Positions 1 to 9,946 are shown, counted from the first letter of the stretch. The stretch is DNA of 64,000 bases from Trueperaceae bacterium (GCA_965215565.1 CBDCDZ010000004.1:64001-128000); one strand, 5' to 3'. Program-made: numbers and translations. Notes: generated by a model not told the origin, from the sequence alone.

Positions 1-1
1 T

Positions 2-1669
2 CTGCACAACTGGCTAGACACACGCCTACGCTTCGACCTCTTCAACTTGGCGACGCACCTCTTCGAAAGTCGCTGGCTGAGAGAGGTCGAAGAGAGTGAC
101 CTCTTAGAACCTGACCACAAACCCAGCCGAGCGCGGGGCGCACAGGAGGAGAAGTGGCGGCGTTACGCTATGCTCACCCCTTGCTTTGTGACGACGATAT
201 ATACAGGACCTGGCTTCTTCGACTACTACACTGGTGAGGCGAGGGCGCTGTTCAACTTTATCGACCTGCTTATTGTAGATGAGGCGGGGCAGGTCGCCCC
301 CGAAGTGTCGGGGGGCATGATGGCGCTGGCAAAAAAGGCGCTGATCATAGGCGACAGCAAACAGTTAGAGCCCGTTTGGAGCATCGAGGAGAAGGTCGAC
401 CGGGCGAACTTGAAAAGGCACTGCCTGGCGGATAATGACGAGCGTTTTGAAGCACTAAAAAAGGCGGGTTTTTTGGCGAGTTCTGGGTCCGTAATGCAGC
501 TCGCGCAGTGCACATCAAAGTATCAGGAACACTCGGTAATAACTCGCGAAAGGGGCATGTTCCTAGCCGAGCATTACCGCTGCGCCCCCAAAATTATCGC
601 CTACTGTGATGAGTTAGCTTACGCGGGCAAGCTGCGCCCTAAGCGCGACGTGAAGTTGCACCCCTGGACACACTTGGGTTATGTCCATGTCAAAGGGGAG
701 TCTTTACAAACGGCGGGACGTAGTCGCTACAACAAGCGTGAGGCGAAGACGCTAGTTACGTGGCTCTCCGAAAACCGTGACGCACTCTTAGCACACTACC
801 AAAAGAACAACTTAAGCGATGTGGTGAGCGTGATTACACCCTTTAAGGCGCAGGCTAGAACTATTATAGAAGCGTTAGCGGAGAACGGCTTAGCGCTCGA
901 AAAGGTAGGAACAGTTCACACCCTTCAAGGCGCAGAACGACCTTTCGTCCTCTTCTCGCCTGTTTACACCAGCCGCTTTGAAGGAACACCTTTTTTTGAC
1001 CGAGGTGTGAACATGCTCAACGTCGCCGTGTCGCGGGCGCAAGACAGCTTTTTCGTCTTCGGCGACATGGACATCTTCGACCCTGCATTGCAGAGCCCGT
1101 CGGGGTTCCTAGCGCGTCACCTCTTCGCGGACCGCGCTCATGAGATAAGCAAGGCGACATTGCCAGAGCGCACCTCGGCGGAAGTTGCAGAGACAGTTAC
1201 GCCCGTTCGAGATTTGGAAACGCATAGGGCTGTACTTTCGAAAGCCCTCAAGCAGGTAGAGAAGGCGTTGGTCATCGTGTCACCCTTTTTAGGGCAGTCG
1301 GCTGTTGACGCAGACGCCATTTGCGTCAAGTTAAGCGCTGCAAAAGCGCGCGGCGCTGAAGTGACCATCTACGTAGACGACGGCTTCACCGAAAACCTCG
1401 AAAAAGGCTCCGCCAAACGTGCTGCCGCCGTGCTGCAGAGGAGCGGCGCGACGCTCAAGGTGTGCCACAACATCCACTCGAAGATTATTTGTATAGATGA
1501 GCGGGTGTTCGTCGAGGGCTCGTTTAACTGGCTCTCCGCAAGTCGCCAGGAAAAGTACGCCCGCTACGACTACTCGCTTATCTACGTGGGCGCGTCAGTA
1601 GCCCAGTTCATCAAGGAGACTCTGCAAGACCTCGAGCAAAGAGTTGTCAAGGTGCTGCGAAGCCGCTAA
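2..1669 (+). CDS. SF1 (UPF1/DNA2-like) helicase C-terminal part fused to a PLD-like nuclease domain; 5' end lies outside the window
   Basis: Frame is open from base 2. Helicase motifs DEAGQ, IGDSKQL, EHYRC, ITPFKAQ, GTVHTLQGAE, NVAVSRA; C-terminal HSKIICID...EGSFNW (HxKxxxxD, GSxN). Confidence 0.85.
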   Translation: MHNWLDTRLRFDLFNLATHLFESRWLREVEESDLLEPDHKPSRARGAQEEKWRRYAMLTPCFVTTIYTGPGFFDYYTGEARALFNFIDLLIVDEAGQVAPEVSGGMMALAKKALIIGDSKQLEPVWSIEEKVDRANLKRHCLADNDERFEALKKAGFLASSGSVMQLAQCTSKYQEHSVITRERGMFLAEHYRCAPKIIAYCDELAYAGKLRPKRDVKLHPWTHLGYVHVKGESLQTAGRSRYNKREAKTLVTWLSENRDALLAHYQKNNLSDVVSVITPFKAQARTIIEALAENGLALEKVGTVHTLQGAERPFVLFSPVYTSRFEGTPFFDRGVNMLNVAVSRAQDSFFVFGDMDIFDPALQSPSGFLARHLFADRAHEISKATLPERTSAEVAETVTPVRDLETHRAVLSKALKQVEKALVIVSPFLGQSAVDADAICVKLSAAKARGAEVTIYVDDGFTENLEKGSAKRAAAVLQRSGATLKVCHNIHSKIICIDERVFVEGSFNWLSASRQEKYARYDYSLIYVGASVAQFIKETLQDLEQRVVKVLRSR

Positions 1670-1704
1670 GCTGGTTTACTGCTACCTCTTTGCCTAAATA
1701 GTTC

Positions 1705-2124
1705 CTACTCACCAAGGTCACCCGGCTGCATTGCACGCTGCTGCGGATCCCACCACCTTTTGACGTAACTGATGACCGCGTCAACCTCTTCGTCCGTCCA
1801 ATCCGCCGCCACCGCTGGCATCCCCATCCCGCCGTAGCGAATCTGATTGATGAGGTAGCCGTCATCGTGATGCCACGAATGGGCGCTGCCGTCGAGACCG
1901 GGTGCGCCTATTTGCATGTTGCCCTGACCGTTTGCGCCGTGACAGCTCGCGCAGTTCGCGGCGTACTTCTGCTCGCCAAGCTCGAGCACCTCCGCGCTCA
2001 CAGTCTGCGCCTGCACCGGGCGGTTTTGCAGCACGCGGAAGCCGATGAGCGAGCCAACACCTACGATAATGAGTAGCGTCACGCCGACCGGAAAACGGGA
2101 TTTCTTACGTTTGTTTCTTGTCAT
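1705..2124 (-). CDS. Membrane-anchored monoheme cytochrome c
   Basis: N-terminal hydrophobic helix, CASCH heme motif, distal GMP Met ligand. Confidence 0.85.
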   Translation of the reverse strand: MTRNKRKKSRFPVGVTLLIIVGVGSLIGFRVLQNRPVQAQTVSAEVLELGEQKYAANCASCHGANGQGNMQIGAPGLDGSAHSWHHDDGYLINQIRYGGMGMPAVAADWTDEEVDAVISYVKRWWDPQQRAMQPGDLGE

Positions 2125-2173
2125 AATGTCCTTTCGTTAAACGCCCTCGTTTCTGAGAACAAAGGCGAACCAT

Positions 2174-3118
2174 TCACTCCTGCGCTAAACTTGTGACGTA
2201 CGCAACGACGCTGTCCAACTCGTCCGCGCTGAGCAGGCTGCCAAAGCCGGGCATCATGCCGCGCCCGTACTGGACGGTGCTCCGCACCATCTCGGTGTTC
2301 GCGATGCGCTGACTGCCCGCGAGCCTCGGACCTGCGCCCCCTTGCGCGTTTGCTCCGTGACAGCTCGCGCAGTTCGCCGCAAACAAGGACGCGCCGCTCG
2401 AGACCGTCGTCGCTTGCACAGGGTTTTGCATGGGGTCTTGCGCCGTGTTTTGCGTTCCCTCTTGAGCAGTTGCGGGTGGGCGTGTTGCGGTGGAGGACGT
2501 CCGGTTTACCTCGGGCAGCGGCGTCTGTGCCAGCGCCTCAGGCGCTTCACCCTGCTGCCGCGCTTCGGCTTGGGCAATGAGGCTCGGCACACGCCCCGCC
2601 TGTTCGGGTCCGCCCGCCACCTCGACGTAGCGCTGCCACGTGCGGATCGCCTGACTGTCATCGCCTAGTGAGAAGTAAGCGTTGCCTAAGAAGAGGAGCG
2701 TGTCTAAGTCGTTCGGCGCGAGGATGGTAGCGCGGTTTAGGGCGATGACGGCGCGTTCGGCGTCCCCCGCGAAGAAAAGGGCTTGACCGACGCGGCTCAG
2801 GGCTCGAGGGTTCTCCGCCTCCAACTTTGTTATCACCTCGCTGTAGAGATTCGCGGCGCGGTTGCGCTCCTCCAAGTTCCAAAAGGCGTCGGCGAGCGCC
2901 ATCAGGTTCGCTTCGCTGCGCTCGGTCTCCACGGCTGCGCTGAGCGGCGCTAGGGTGCGGGCGTTCTCAGCGAACGTCCTCGCCGTTTCATCCCCTTCAC
3001 TCGTCGAATTCAAAAAGCTCTCGAACGCAGTTGCCGACCCTTCCATGTCGCCCAGGTAGTAGAGCACTTCGCCCAGGGTGTAGCGGGCTTCGCTGTCTTT
3101 GGGGTCGCTTTGTAAGGC
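2174..3118 (-). pseudogene. 5'-truncated TPR-repeat + cytochrome c protein (CcmI/CycH-like)
   Basis: TPR-like helices and a C-terminal CASCH. The frame extends upstream of the listed ORF (ALQSDPKDSEARYTLGEVLYY) until it abuts the ccmF fragment at ~3120, with no native N-terminus. Confidence 0.7.
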
Positions 3119-3414
3119 TCCAAGATGGAACCGTCTAACGCCGCCCAGAGCGTGACGACCTTGACCCAGGTGGGAGAAGCGGTGCTCGAGGTATTCGCCA
3201 CGTACCCCACGCCGAAGTCATCTGTAAGGAGAGCAAGCTCCAAGAGCGCCATCGCCACAGTAAGCGCGAGTGCGACGGCTACCGCGCTTAGCCGCGCCGA
3301 GGCCACGAGGTTTGCGTCGCGCCGCCACGTGCCGATCACGCCCGCGAAGACGCCGTATACGCTCATGCCGAGCGCTAGGAGAACTGACGCAGTTCCGAGA
3401 GGTTCGAGAATCAT
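3119..3414 (-). pseudogene. ccmF: Heme lyase CcmF, N-terminal ~100 aa only
   Basis: LLTDDFGVGYVANTSS...WVKVVTLWAALDGSIL matches the CcmF N-terminus; similarity ends abruptly after GSIL. Confidence 0.8.
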
Positions 3415-3451
3415 AGGGGCAGCGTAGTGATGAAATGTTAAATGCGAATAA

Positions 3452-3467
3452 AGTGACTTCGTTCACA
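3452..3467. promoter_or_regulatory. CRP/FNR-family-like site upstream of the ccmF remnant
   Basis: AGTGA-N6-TCACA, 9/10 match to TGTGA-N6-TCACA. Confidence 0.4.
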
Positions 3468-3717
3468 ACCCGATTAGGCGCGTAGAGCAGGAACCTCCAC
3501 TCCCTCGAAAGTGTGCAGTTCTCCACTGGTCTGCCATATGCGCCTCCGTTTGGCTTCTTAGACTTGATGGTTGCCTTGGCTGCGTTCAGACGCGGCGTTT
3601 TGACAGCAGTTATGCGAGTCCACATAAGTTATGCGCAGTTGTTATAAAGACAGCTACATCTTTACGTAAACGAAACATTTCAATACTAAGCTCGGTTTAG
3701 AGAAAGGAGCCAACATC

Positions 3718-3926
3718 ATGATGGGTAATGGTATGGAATTCGGTATGGGCTTTGGGGGCTTGTGGATGCTCCTCTTACTGATTTTAGCGGTTGTTTTGAT
3801 CGTCTGGCTAGTTCGGTCGGCGGGATCACGGCATACGAGCGCGTCACAAAGCCAAAGTGCAGAGCGTGAGAGCGCGGTAGAGGTTGCCGAGCGGCGCTAC
3901 GCCAGTGGCGAGATCAGCCAGGAAGC
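3718..3926 (+). pseudogene. SHOCT-domain membrane protein, truncated within the SHOCT domain
   Basis: RBS AAAGGAG, Met/Gly-rich start, one TM helix, AVEVAERRYASGEISQE; then runs out of frame into the MCO fragment (ORF stops at 3984). Confidence 0.7.
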
Positions 3927-4109
3927 GTTGCCCGAGATGGGCAGCCTGAACCGCGAGTCGCCTGGCGCAACATCGTCAATGTGAGAGCGAACTCGAGCGC
4001 CGACATCCTCATCCCCTTTACCGACTACTCCGGCAAAACTGTGTTTCACTGCCACATCTTGGAGCACGAGGACCAAGGCATGATGAGCGTCGTGGATGTT
4101 GCGAGCTAA
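3927..4109 (+). pseudogene. Multicopper oxidase C-terminal fragment (not in the ORF track)
   Basis: Translates as VARDGQPEPRVAWRNIVNVRANSSADILIPFTDYSGKTVFHCHILEHEDQGMMSVVDVAS*, which contains the HCHxxxHxxxxM copper motif; no start codon. Confidence 0.85.
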
Positions 4110-4170
4110 CATCGTCAGTTATCTGCGTTTGTAATATCTCCATTTGACGCGGCTTTACCATTGGGATAAT

Positions 4171-4187
4171 ATACCCCCTATGGGTAT
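4171..4187. promoter_or_regulatory. CsoR/CstR-family operator overlapping the yeeE start
   Basis: ATACCCC-CTA-TGGGTAT inside the palindrome AATATACCC...GGGTATATT; TTGACG-17-TAATAT promoter immediately upstream. Confidence 0.65.
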
Positions 4188-4743
4188 ATTAGATTTCCTC
4201 ACACAACCGTGGCCTTGGTACGTCGCCGGACCGCTCATCGGTCTGATCGTACCGGGGCTCCTCCTTTTGGGCAACAAGGACTTTGGCGTCTCTGCCAACT
4301 TGCGCCACGCCTGCGCCATCGTGCCGAACAAGATCGACTTCTTCAATTACGATTGGCGCAAAGCGGGTACGTGGAACCTCGTCTTCGCCTTGGGCGTTGT
4401 GTTGGGCGGTGTCTTGGGCGGCGTCCTACTTGCCAACCCGGAGCCCGTTCAGGTAGCAAACGCGACGCAAGCAGAGCTAGCAGAACTGGGTATCCCTGTA
4501 GATGGAAACCTCGCGCCAACATCCGTGTTCGGACTTACTAACCTCTTGACCTTGCGCGGCTGGCTCATTACGTTGGGCGGCGGCTTCCTCATCGGCTTCG
4601 GTGCACGCTACGCGGGCGGCTGCACCTCGGGTCACGCGATCAGCGGTCTAGCCAGTTTGCAGCTTCCCTCACTCGTCGCGGTGATCGGCTTTTTTATCGG
4701 CGGGCTCGTCATGACTTATCTGCTCTTTCCGCTCATCTTTTAG
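4180..4743 (+). CDS. YeeE/YedE family sulfur-compound transporter (half 1)
   Basis: PWPWYVAGPLIG and GFGARYAGGCTSGHAISG motifs; ATG at 4180 is the likely (leaderless) start. Confidence 0.9.
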   Translation: MGILDFLTQPWPWYVAGPLIGLIVPGLLLLGNKDFGVSANLRHACAIVPNKIDFFNYDWRKAGTWNLVFALGVVLGGVLGGVLLANPEPVQVANATQAELAELGIPVDGNLAPTSVFGLTNLLTLRGWLITLGGGFLIGFGARYAGGCTSGHAISGLASLQLPSLVAVIGFFIGGLVMTYLLFPLIF

Positions 4744-4752
4744 GAGGCTTTA

Positions 4753-5238
4753 ATGGACGCAAACATAACAGCTCAGACCACCTCAGAACACAAAAACCGC
4801 GAAGTAGCGCGCAAGGACCCCGTTACCGCCTACTTTCCTTACCTCTTCGCAGGTATATTGTTCGGCTTCGTGGCGGTGCGCTCCGAGATCATCTCCTGGT
4901 ACCGTATTCAAGAGATGTTTCGCTTCGACTCGTTCCACATGTACGGTGTGATTGGCTCGGCGGTGCTGGTTGCGGCGCTCTCGGTGTGGCTCATCAAAAG
5001 GTTCAACCTCAAAACATTTAAGGGCGAAACGATCACCTTTGCGCCCAAGGCGACACCCTATACGCGCTACATTGTCGGGGGCACCATCTTCGGGCTCGGC
5101 TGGGCGCTCACCGGCGCGTGTCCCGGTCCCATCTTGGCGCTCATTGGCGCGGGCTTGCCTGCGTTTCTCGTGGTACTTGTGGGGGCTGTTCTAGGCACGT
5201 ATGTTTATGGACGGTTAAGACGCAAGCTGCCGCATTAA
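4753..5238 (+). CDS. YeeE/YedE (DUF6691-like) family protein (half 2)
   Basis: ISWYRIQEMFRFDSFHMYG and GLGWALTGACPGP motifs; RBS AGGAGG. Confidence 0.9.
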   Translation: MDANITAQTTSEHKNREVARKDPVTAYFPYLFAGILFGFVAVRSEIISWYRIQEMFRFDSFHMYGVIGSAVLVAALSVWLIKRFNLKTFKGETITFAPKATPYTRYIVGGTIFGLGWALTGACPGPILALIGAGLPAFLVVLVGAVLGTYVYGRLRRKLPH

Positions 5239-5254
5239 ACCTTTCCAGATGACT

Positions 5255-5284
5255 AAAGCCGCGCTTACTGAGCGCGGCTTTTTT
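5255..5284 (+). terminator. Rho-independent terminator
   Basis: AAAGCCGCGCT-TACTG-AGCGCGGCTTT followed by a T run, directly after the yeeE pair. Confidence 0.85.
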
Positions 5285-5410
5285 GTGTCTAATAGTAGGG
5301 ACGCGCACTCTGAGGGCTCGAGTTCACCTCGTCCCTTCTTCCGCGTTTGTTGAGGCTCGGTATGCCGCTTGCGCGGGTCAATCCGCTGGCCGAGCGTTCT
5401 ACGCCACGTT

Positions 5411-5576
5411 ATACCGTTTCCGGTTAATTCCTAAAGGAATTCCGAGCAGAGCGAGTTGAAAAGACTATGGATTTCGGTGAGTACGGAATCAACTCCGACT
5501 CCAACGAAGCGCGTAGCGTTTGCCGGAGGCAAAACTTCGTAACGGAGTTTATGTAGTAATCAATCGAAATCCGTAT
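5411..5576. repeat. Deinococcus SRE-like non-autonomous repeat (family A, copy 1)
   Basis: Ends ATACCGTTTCCGG...CGAAATCCGTAT; 25-bp block TTTCCGGTTAATTCCTAAAGGAATT identical at 36656; right end also shared. Confidence 0.75.
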
Positions 5577-7318
5577 TACGCCTTTCTCTTTACCAAGTCG
5601 CGCGTTGGCTGCGCTGACGCGGTTTGGTCCGGCGTGGTCGCTGGCTGAGCGGGGCGTGCGTCAATCGCCTTTAGCGCACTCTCGAGCGACAAGTGAGCGA
5701 CCCGCTCACCAAACGTCTCATACCAGCCCGCTTTAGTCGCTAGGTCGCGCACCGGACCCTTCATCCCGGCAATGCGAACGGTGACGCCCTGTGCTGCAAG
5801 CTCTTTCATCCGTACCTCCAACGTATCGAGCGCTACCGCGTCCACGCCGTTGACCGCCGAGAAGTCCAGGATGATGTGCTTGACGTTAGGTAGATCAGTG
5901 GCGGTACCGTCTAGGAGGTTCTCCAGGTAAGCCATGTTCGCGAAGTAGAGTGCCGCGTCCACTCTAAGGATGCACACGCCTGAAAAGGTTTGCGCCTCAG
6001 GGTAGCGTTTAACGTTTCTAAAGACCTCTTTCTCGGGTAGATAGCCGAGTTCCGCCGTATGCGGATAGGCGCTGCGCCAGACGAACACCAGCAGGCTGAA
6101 GCCTACTCCGATGAGGATGCCGGTCTCGACGCCCAAAATGAGCGTGCCGACAAAGGTGACGAGGAGCGTCCAGCCGTCCACGGGTTTAAGTCTAAAGAGG
6201 TGCACGGGTTCTTTCACGTCGATGAGCCCGAAGACCGCCACCATGACAATCGCAGCTAAAACTGCGTTCGGCAGATAGTAGAAGAGCGGCGTTAGAAAGA
6301 GCAGCGTGAGGATAACGAGCAGCGCGGTGATGATAGACGCAAGCGGCGTTTTCGCGCCTGCTTGATAGTTGACCGCCGTGCGTGAGAACCCCCCGGTCAC
6401 CGGATAGGCGCGAAAGAAGCTTCCAAAGACATTAGCGAGTCCCAAGCCGACCAGCTCGCGGTTGGCGCTCACCTTGTACTTCTCTTTGCTAGCAACAGAC
6501 TTAGCAACCGCGATGGACTCTATAAAGCTGACGAAGGCAATTGTTAGAGCGGTGGGCAAGAGGGCGCGTAGGGACCCTAAGTTTAGAGCAGGCAAGGCAA
6601 AGCCGGGTAGACCTCTCGGCACGTCCCCCACGATGCTGACGCCGTAGGTGTTCAGATTGAAAAGGTAGACCGCTAACGCGCTCACCACCACAACTAGGAG
6701 CGGCGCGGGAAAGCGCTTGGCGTAGCGTTTGAAGAGGAGCAGCGTAAGGATGCTGAGCGCACCAATAGTGAAGGTAATGAGGTTCATCTCGCCGAGGTTG
6801 CGCCCCGCTTCCCACAAAGTTATAAAGACGTTCTCGCTGCGCCCGAGCTGAACGCCTAAGAGATGTTTAAGCTGGCTCAGTCCGATGATCAGCGCCGCCG
6901 CCGAGGTAAAGCCGCTAATGACCGCGTGCGATAAAAAATTGGTGATGAAGCCCGCTCGCATAAGCCCGAGGGCGAACTGTACGACGCCGACCATCAACGC
7001 GAGGAGCGCCGCTAAGGTGATGAATTCGGCGCTGCCCGGCTCGGCTATGAGCGACACGCCCGAGAGCGTGAGAAGCGAGACGATGGCGACGGGACCCACC
7101 GCGAGTTGTTTTGAGCTGCCGAAGAGCGCGTAGATGATTAAAGGAATCGTAGAGGCGTAGAGCCCTGTCACGGGCGGTAAGCCCGCTAGGAGCGCGTACG
7201 CCATCCCCTGCGGCACCAGCATCACCGCGACGACGAGCCCCGCCGTGAGATCGGCAGGGAGGTCGCGTTTGTCGTAGCTTTTGAGCCACCGTAAGGCGGG
7301 TAGTATGGTTTGAATCAT
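5576..7318 (-). CDS. sulP: SulP family anion transporter with STAS domain
   Basis: DLTAGLVVAVMLVPQGMAYA, GSSKQLAVGP, GGFSRTAVN, and STAS LYFAN...ILDFSAVN. Confidence 0.95.
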   Translation of the reverse strand: MIQTILPALRWLKSYDKRDLPADLTAGLVVAVMLVPQGMAYALLAGLPPVTGLYASTIPLIIYALFGSSKQLAVGPVAIVSLLTLSGVSLIAEPGSAEFITLAALLALMVGVVQFALGLMRAGFITNFLSHAVISGFTSAAALIIGLSQLKHLLGVQLGRSENVFITLWEAGRNLGEMNLITFTIGALSILTLLLFKRYAKRFPAPLLVVVVSALAVYLFNLNTYGVSIVGDVPRGLPGFALPALNLGSLRALLPTALTIAFVSFIESIAVAKSVASKEKYKVSANRELVGLGLANVFGSFFRAYPVTGGFSRTAVNYQAGAKTPLASIITALLVILTLLFLTPLFYYLPNAVLAAIVMVAVFGLIDVKEPVHLFRLKPVDGWTLLVTFVGTLILGVETGILIGVGFSLLVFVWRSAYPHTAELGYLPEKEVFRNVKRYPEAQTFSGVCILRVDAALYFANMAYLENLLDGTATDLPNVKHIILDFSAVNGVDAVALDTLEVRMKELAAQGVTVRIAGMKGPVRDLATKAGWYETFGERVAHLSLESALKAIDARPAQPATTPDQTASAQPTRDLVKRKA

Positions 7319-7326
7319 TCTACTTA

Positions 7327-8748
7327 TTACACCTGAGCAGGCTCTTGAACACCTTCGGAGATGGGTTTATCCGCATCTTTCCAGGCAGCAAAGCTACCCT
7401 CTAGCTCGAGGAGGTTGTCAAAGCCCGCTTCCCGCAACGCGCTCGCCACGACTGCATTTCTCGCTCCGCTCTGACAATGCGTCACGATAGGACGGTCCTG
7501 GGGTAACTCATTCAGGTTCCACATCACGCGACCGGCGTGAAGTTGATGGGCGTCAGGAATATGTCCACTCGCGTACTCACTGGCCGTGCGCACGTCGAGG
7601 ACAAAGGCGTTATCCATTCCCTCTAATTCGTCCGGGGAAACGCTTTTAACCTCTTCACGTTCCAGTCCCTCTAGCGACGTGACGTAACCCTTCACGTTGT
7701 CAATCCCGACGTAGCTGAGTTTGCCCCGTAGATGGTTCGCTTGCTCTCTATCAGTGGCGAGTAGGGCGATGTCTCGAGTATTTTTTTCAGGGTCGATGAC
7801 ATACGAGGCGAAGGTGGCAAAGCTCTTACCCGCAGTGATGTTGACAGCCCCTTTGATTGCGTCTTTCTTAAAGGTGTCAGCGGCGCGGGTGTCGATGAAG
7901 AGGAGGTTGTCACCGATGCGTGAAGCGACGTCTTCGGGATTAACGTGTTTCAAGTCGTCTCGCTCCCCCAGGAGTGCCGGACCCTCCTTGTTCTGCCGCT
8001 TCATCCGGTTAAAGTATTTAGGCGCGTCGGGTTGACCTTCTAAAAGCGCCTCTACGAAACCTCCCTCGTCGTCATTCTTTACAAAGGTTGCCCACCAGGA
8101 GAAGGTGTGCTCGTAGCCGACTGTCGTACTCGCCACTGCGCCTAGCGACTTGCCGCAGGCGCTCCCAGCGCCGTGACCGGGCCACACTTGCACGTAATCG
8201 GGCAAGCTCATAAAGGTAGTTTTCAAGCTATGAAAGAGCCGCTTAGCTCCCTCAAAGCGACTGTCCGTGCTGAACGTCGCTTCGTCTAAGAGGTCGGGGC
8301 GACCTACATCGCTGGCAAACACGAAGTCGCCTGTTAGAAAGAAACCGGGCTCATCCGCCTGTGCGCCGTCCGTGACTAAAAACGAGAGGTGTTCGGGCGT
8401 GTGACCGGGGGTGTGGACCGCTTCTAAGGTGACATTACCTAACGTAATTTTGTCGCCGTCATAGAGTTCAGTGTTGCCGAACATGTATTTCCAGTCGGCG
8501 TCGCCCTCGTCGGAGAGGTAAAGCGTCGCCCCGGTTGCGCTGCTAAGTTCGCGCGAACCCGAGAGGAAGTCCGCGTGGATGTGAGTCTCGGTGACTGCGA
8601 CGATCTTCATATTGTTAGCTTCAGCCTCGTCCAGGTAGACCTGAACATCGCGGCGCGGGTCGATCACGACAGCTTCCCCTGTTTGCTGACAGCCGATGAG
8701 GTAACTCCCTTGAGCTAGGTCTTCGTCGTAAAAGTGTTTGAAGTACAT
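7327..8748 (-). CDS. MBL-fold persulfide dioxygenase-rhodanese fusion (CstB/BaeB-like)
   Basis: ETHIHADF, TPGHTPEH, PGHGAGSACG; two rhodanese domains, the last with HCQSGAR. Confidence 0.9.
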   Translation of the reverse strand: MYFKHFYDEDLAQGSYLIGCQQTGEAVVIDPRRDVQVYLDEAEANNMKIVAVTETHIHADFLSGSRELSSATGATLYLSDEGDADWKYMFGNTELYDGDKITLGNVTLEAVHTPGHTPEHLSFLVTDGAQADEPGFFLTGDFVFASDVGRPDLLDEATFSTDSRFEGAKRLFHSLKTTFMSLPDYVQVWPGHGAGSACGKSLGAVASTTVGYEHTFSWWATFVKNDDEGGFVEALLEGQPDAPKYFNRMKRQNKEGPALLGERDDLKHVNPEDVASRIGDNLLFIDTRAADTFKKDAIKGAVNITAGKSFATFASYVIDPEKNTRDIALLATDREQANHLRGKLSYVGIDNVKGYVTSLEGLEREEVKSVSPDELEGMDNAFVLDVRTASEYASGHIPDAHQLHAGRVMWNLNELPQDRPIVTHCQSGARNAVVASALREAGFDNLLELEGSFAAWKDADKPISEGVQEPAQV

Positions 8749-8803
8749 AGTGTGCTTTCCTTTCGGTGTGTTCTAGTTCAGCCTATCTTCTATCTTTATC
8801 TTA

Positions 8804-8820
8804 ATACCCCGTCAGGGTAT
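8804..8820. promoter_or_regulatory. Second CsoR/CstR-family operator
   Basis: ATACCCC-GTC-AGGGTAT, same 17-bp architecture as 4171-4187, upstream of the MBL-rhodanese gene. Confidence 0.65.
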
Positions 8821-8995
8821 AAAGCAAGAATAAAAACATCTCAGATATATTAAAATGTAATAGCAGGTGAGCGTATGCAGATGGGTTCGCGCCTTTTACA
8901 TTCAATTTAAGGGCGAGTTGCAACCCTTACGCGCTCGCAGACTTGGGAAACTGGACAACGAAACGGAAAATAATGTAGCAGAGGAAGGAGGTTGC

Positions 8996-9946
8996 GTGCC
9001 GAACCAAGACGCGAAACCCAACACCCTGAAAGCTGAACATCTACTCACCTTCTGTGAGGTCGCTAAGCACGGCAGCGTGAGTGGCGCGGCTGCGCGGTTG
9101 GGGCTGAGTCAACCGGCGGTGAGTCGCCAACTCGCCAGCCTCCAGAGCAGCGTGGGTCGGCCGCTCTACGCGCGCACCTCTTACGGGGTGCATCTCACCC
9201 AGGCAGGACGCGACTTGCTCCCTTATGCGTGCAGCGTAGCGGGTGCACTCCAGCGTACCCGCGACTACGTATATGGCAGCGAGGACGAAAGCCCGCTCAC
9301 CTTGCGCCTCGGCTTGAGCCACCACCTCGTGACGCGCTACACGGGGTCGATACTTAGGGCCGCTAGAACGTACACACAGGAGACGGGGCCGCTGCACGTG
9401 CACCTCGTCGAAGGGTACTCTGCGCAGCTTACCGAGCAAGTCTTAAATCAGCAGCTTAGCGCGGCGCTCGTCTTGGGTGCACCGCAGGAGGTACCCGAAA
9501 CGCTCTACAGCCGCCGTCTCGGTGAAGACGACATCTGTTTGCTGACTCTGCCCGACGACCCGGTCGCCGAACAAGCCTCCGTACCGCTCGCTACTATCGA
9601 GGGTGAGACGCTCATCGTGTCCTCGGACGTGTCGCGCGTCTACCGAACAGTCCAGCAGGACTTAGCGGCAGCCCGCGTTCAGCCCGGTCGCGTGTTAGAG
9701 GTCAGCGGTCCGGCGGCGGTGCGCACAGCAGTGATGGCAGGTCAGGGTGTCGGGGTGACCTTGCGCTCATTTGTGAAACCCGAAGCTGAGGCGGGGTGGC
9801 TCAAATGTGTGGGTTTAGAGGAGGATGGGTTTGTCATTCAGGTGAGTTTGGTAACTTCAGACCTCAGGGCGCAAACGCTGAGGGCACGTCAGGCTTTAGA
9901 GGCGCTTCTTCCGGAAAGTCATCCTAGCGTACCGGCGCGGCGTTGA
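8996..9946 (+). CDS. LysR family transcriptional regulator
   Basis: GSVSGAAARLGLSQPAVSRQLASLQ HTH; GTG start after AAGGAGG. Confidence 0.9.
   Translation: MPNQDAKPNTLKAEHLLTFCEVAKHGSVSGAAARLGLSQPAVSRQLASLQSSVGRPLYARTSYGVHLTQAGRDLLPYACSVAGALQRTRDYVYGSEDESPLTLRLGLSHHLVTRYTGSILRAARTYTQETGPLHVHLVEGYSAQLTEQVLNQQLSAALVLGAPQEVPETLYSRRLGEDDICLLTLPDDPVAEQASVPLATIEGETLIVSSDVSRVYRTVQQDLAAARVQPGRVLEVSGPAAVRTAVMAGQGVGVTLRSFVKPEAEAGWLKCVGLEEDGFVIQVSLVTSDLRAQTLRARQALEALLPESHPSVPARR

Noticed and set aside
3610..3627. Radiation/desiccation response motif (TTATGC...ACATAA)
   Set aside because: 18 bp rather than the 17-bp RDRM spacing, and not before a repair gene.
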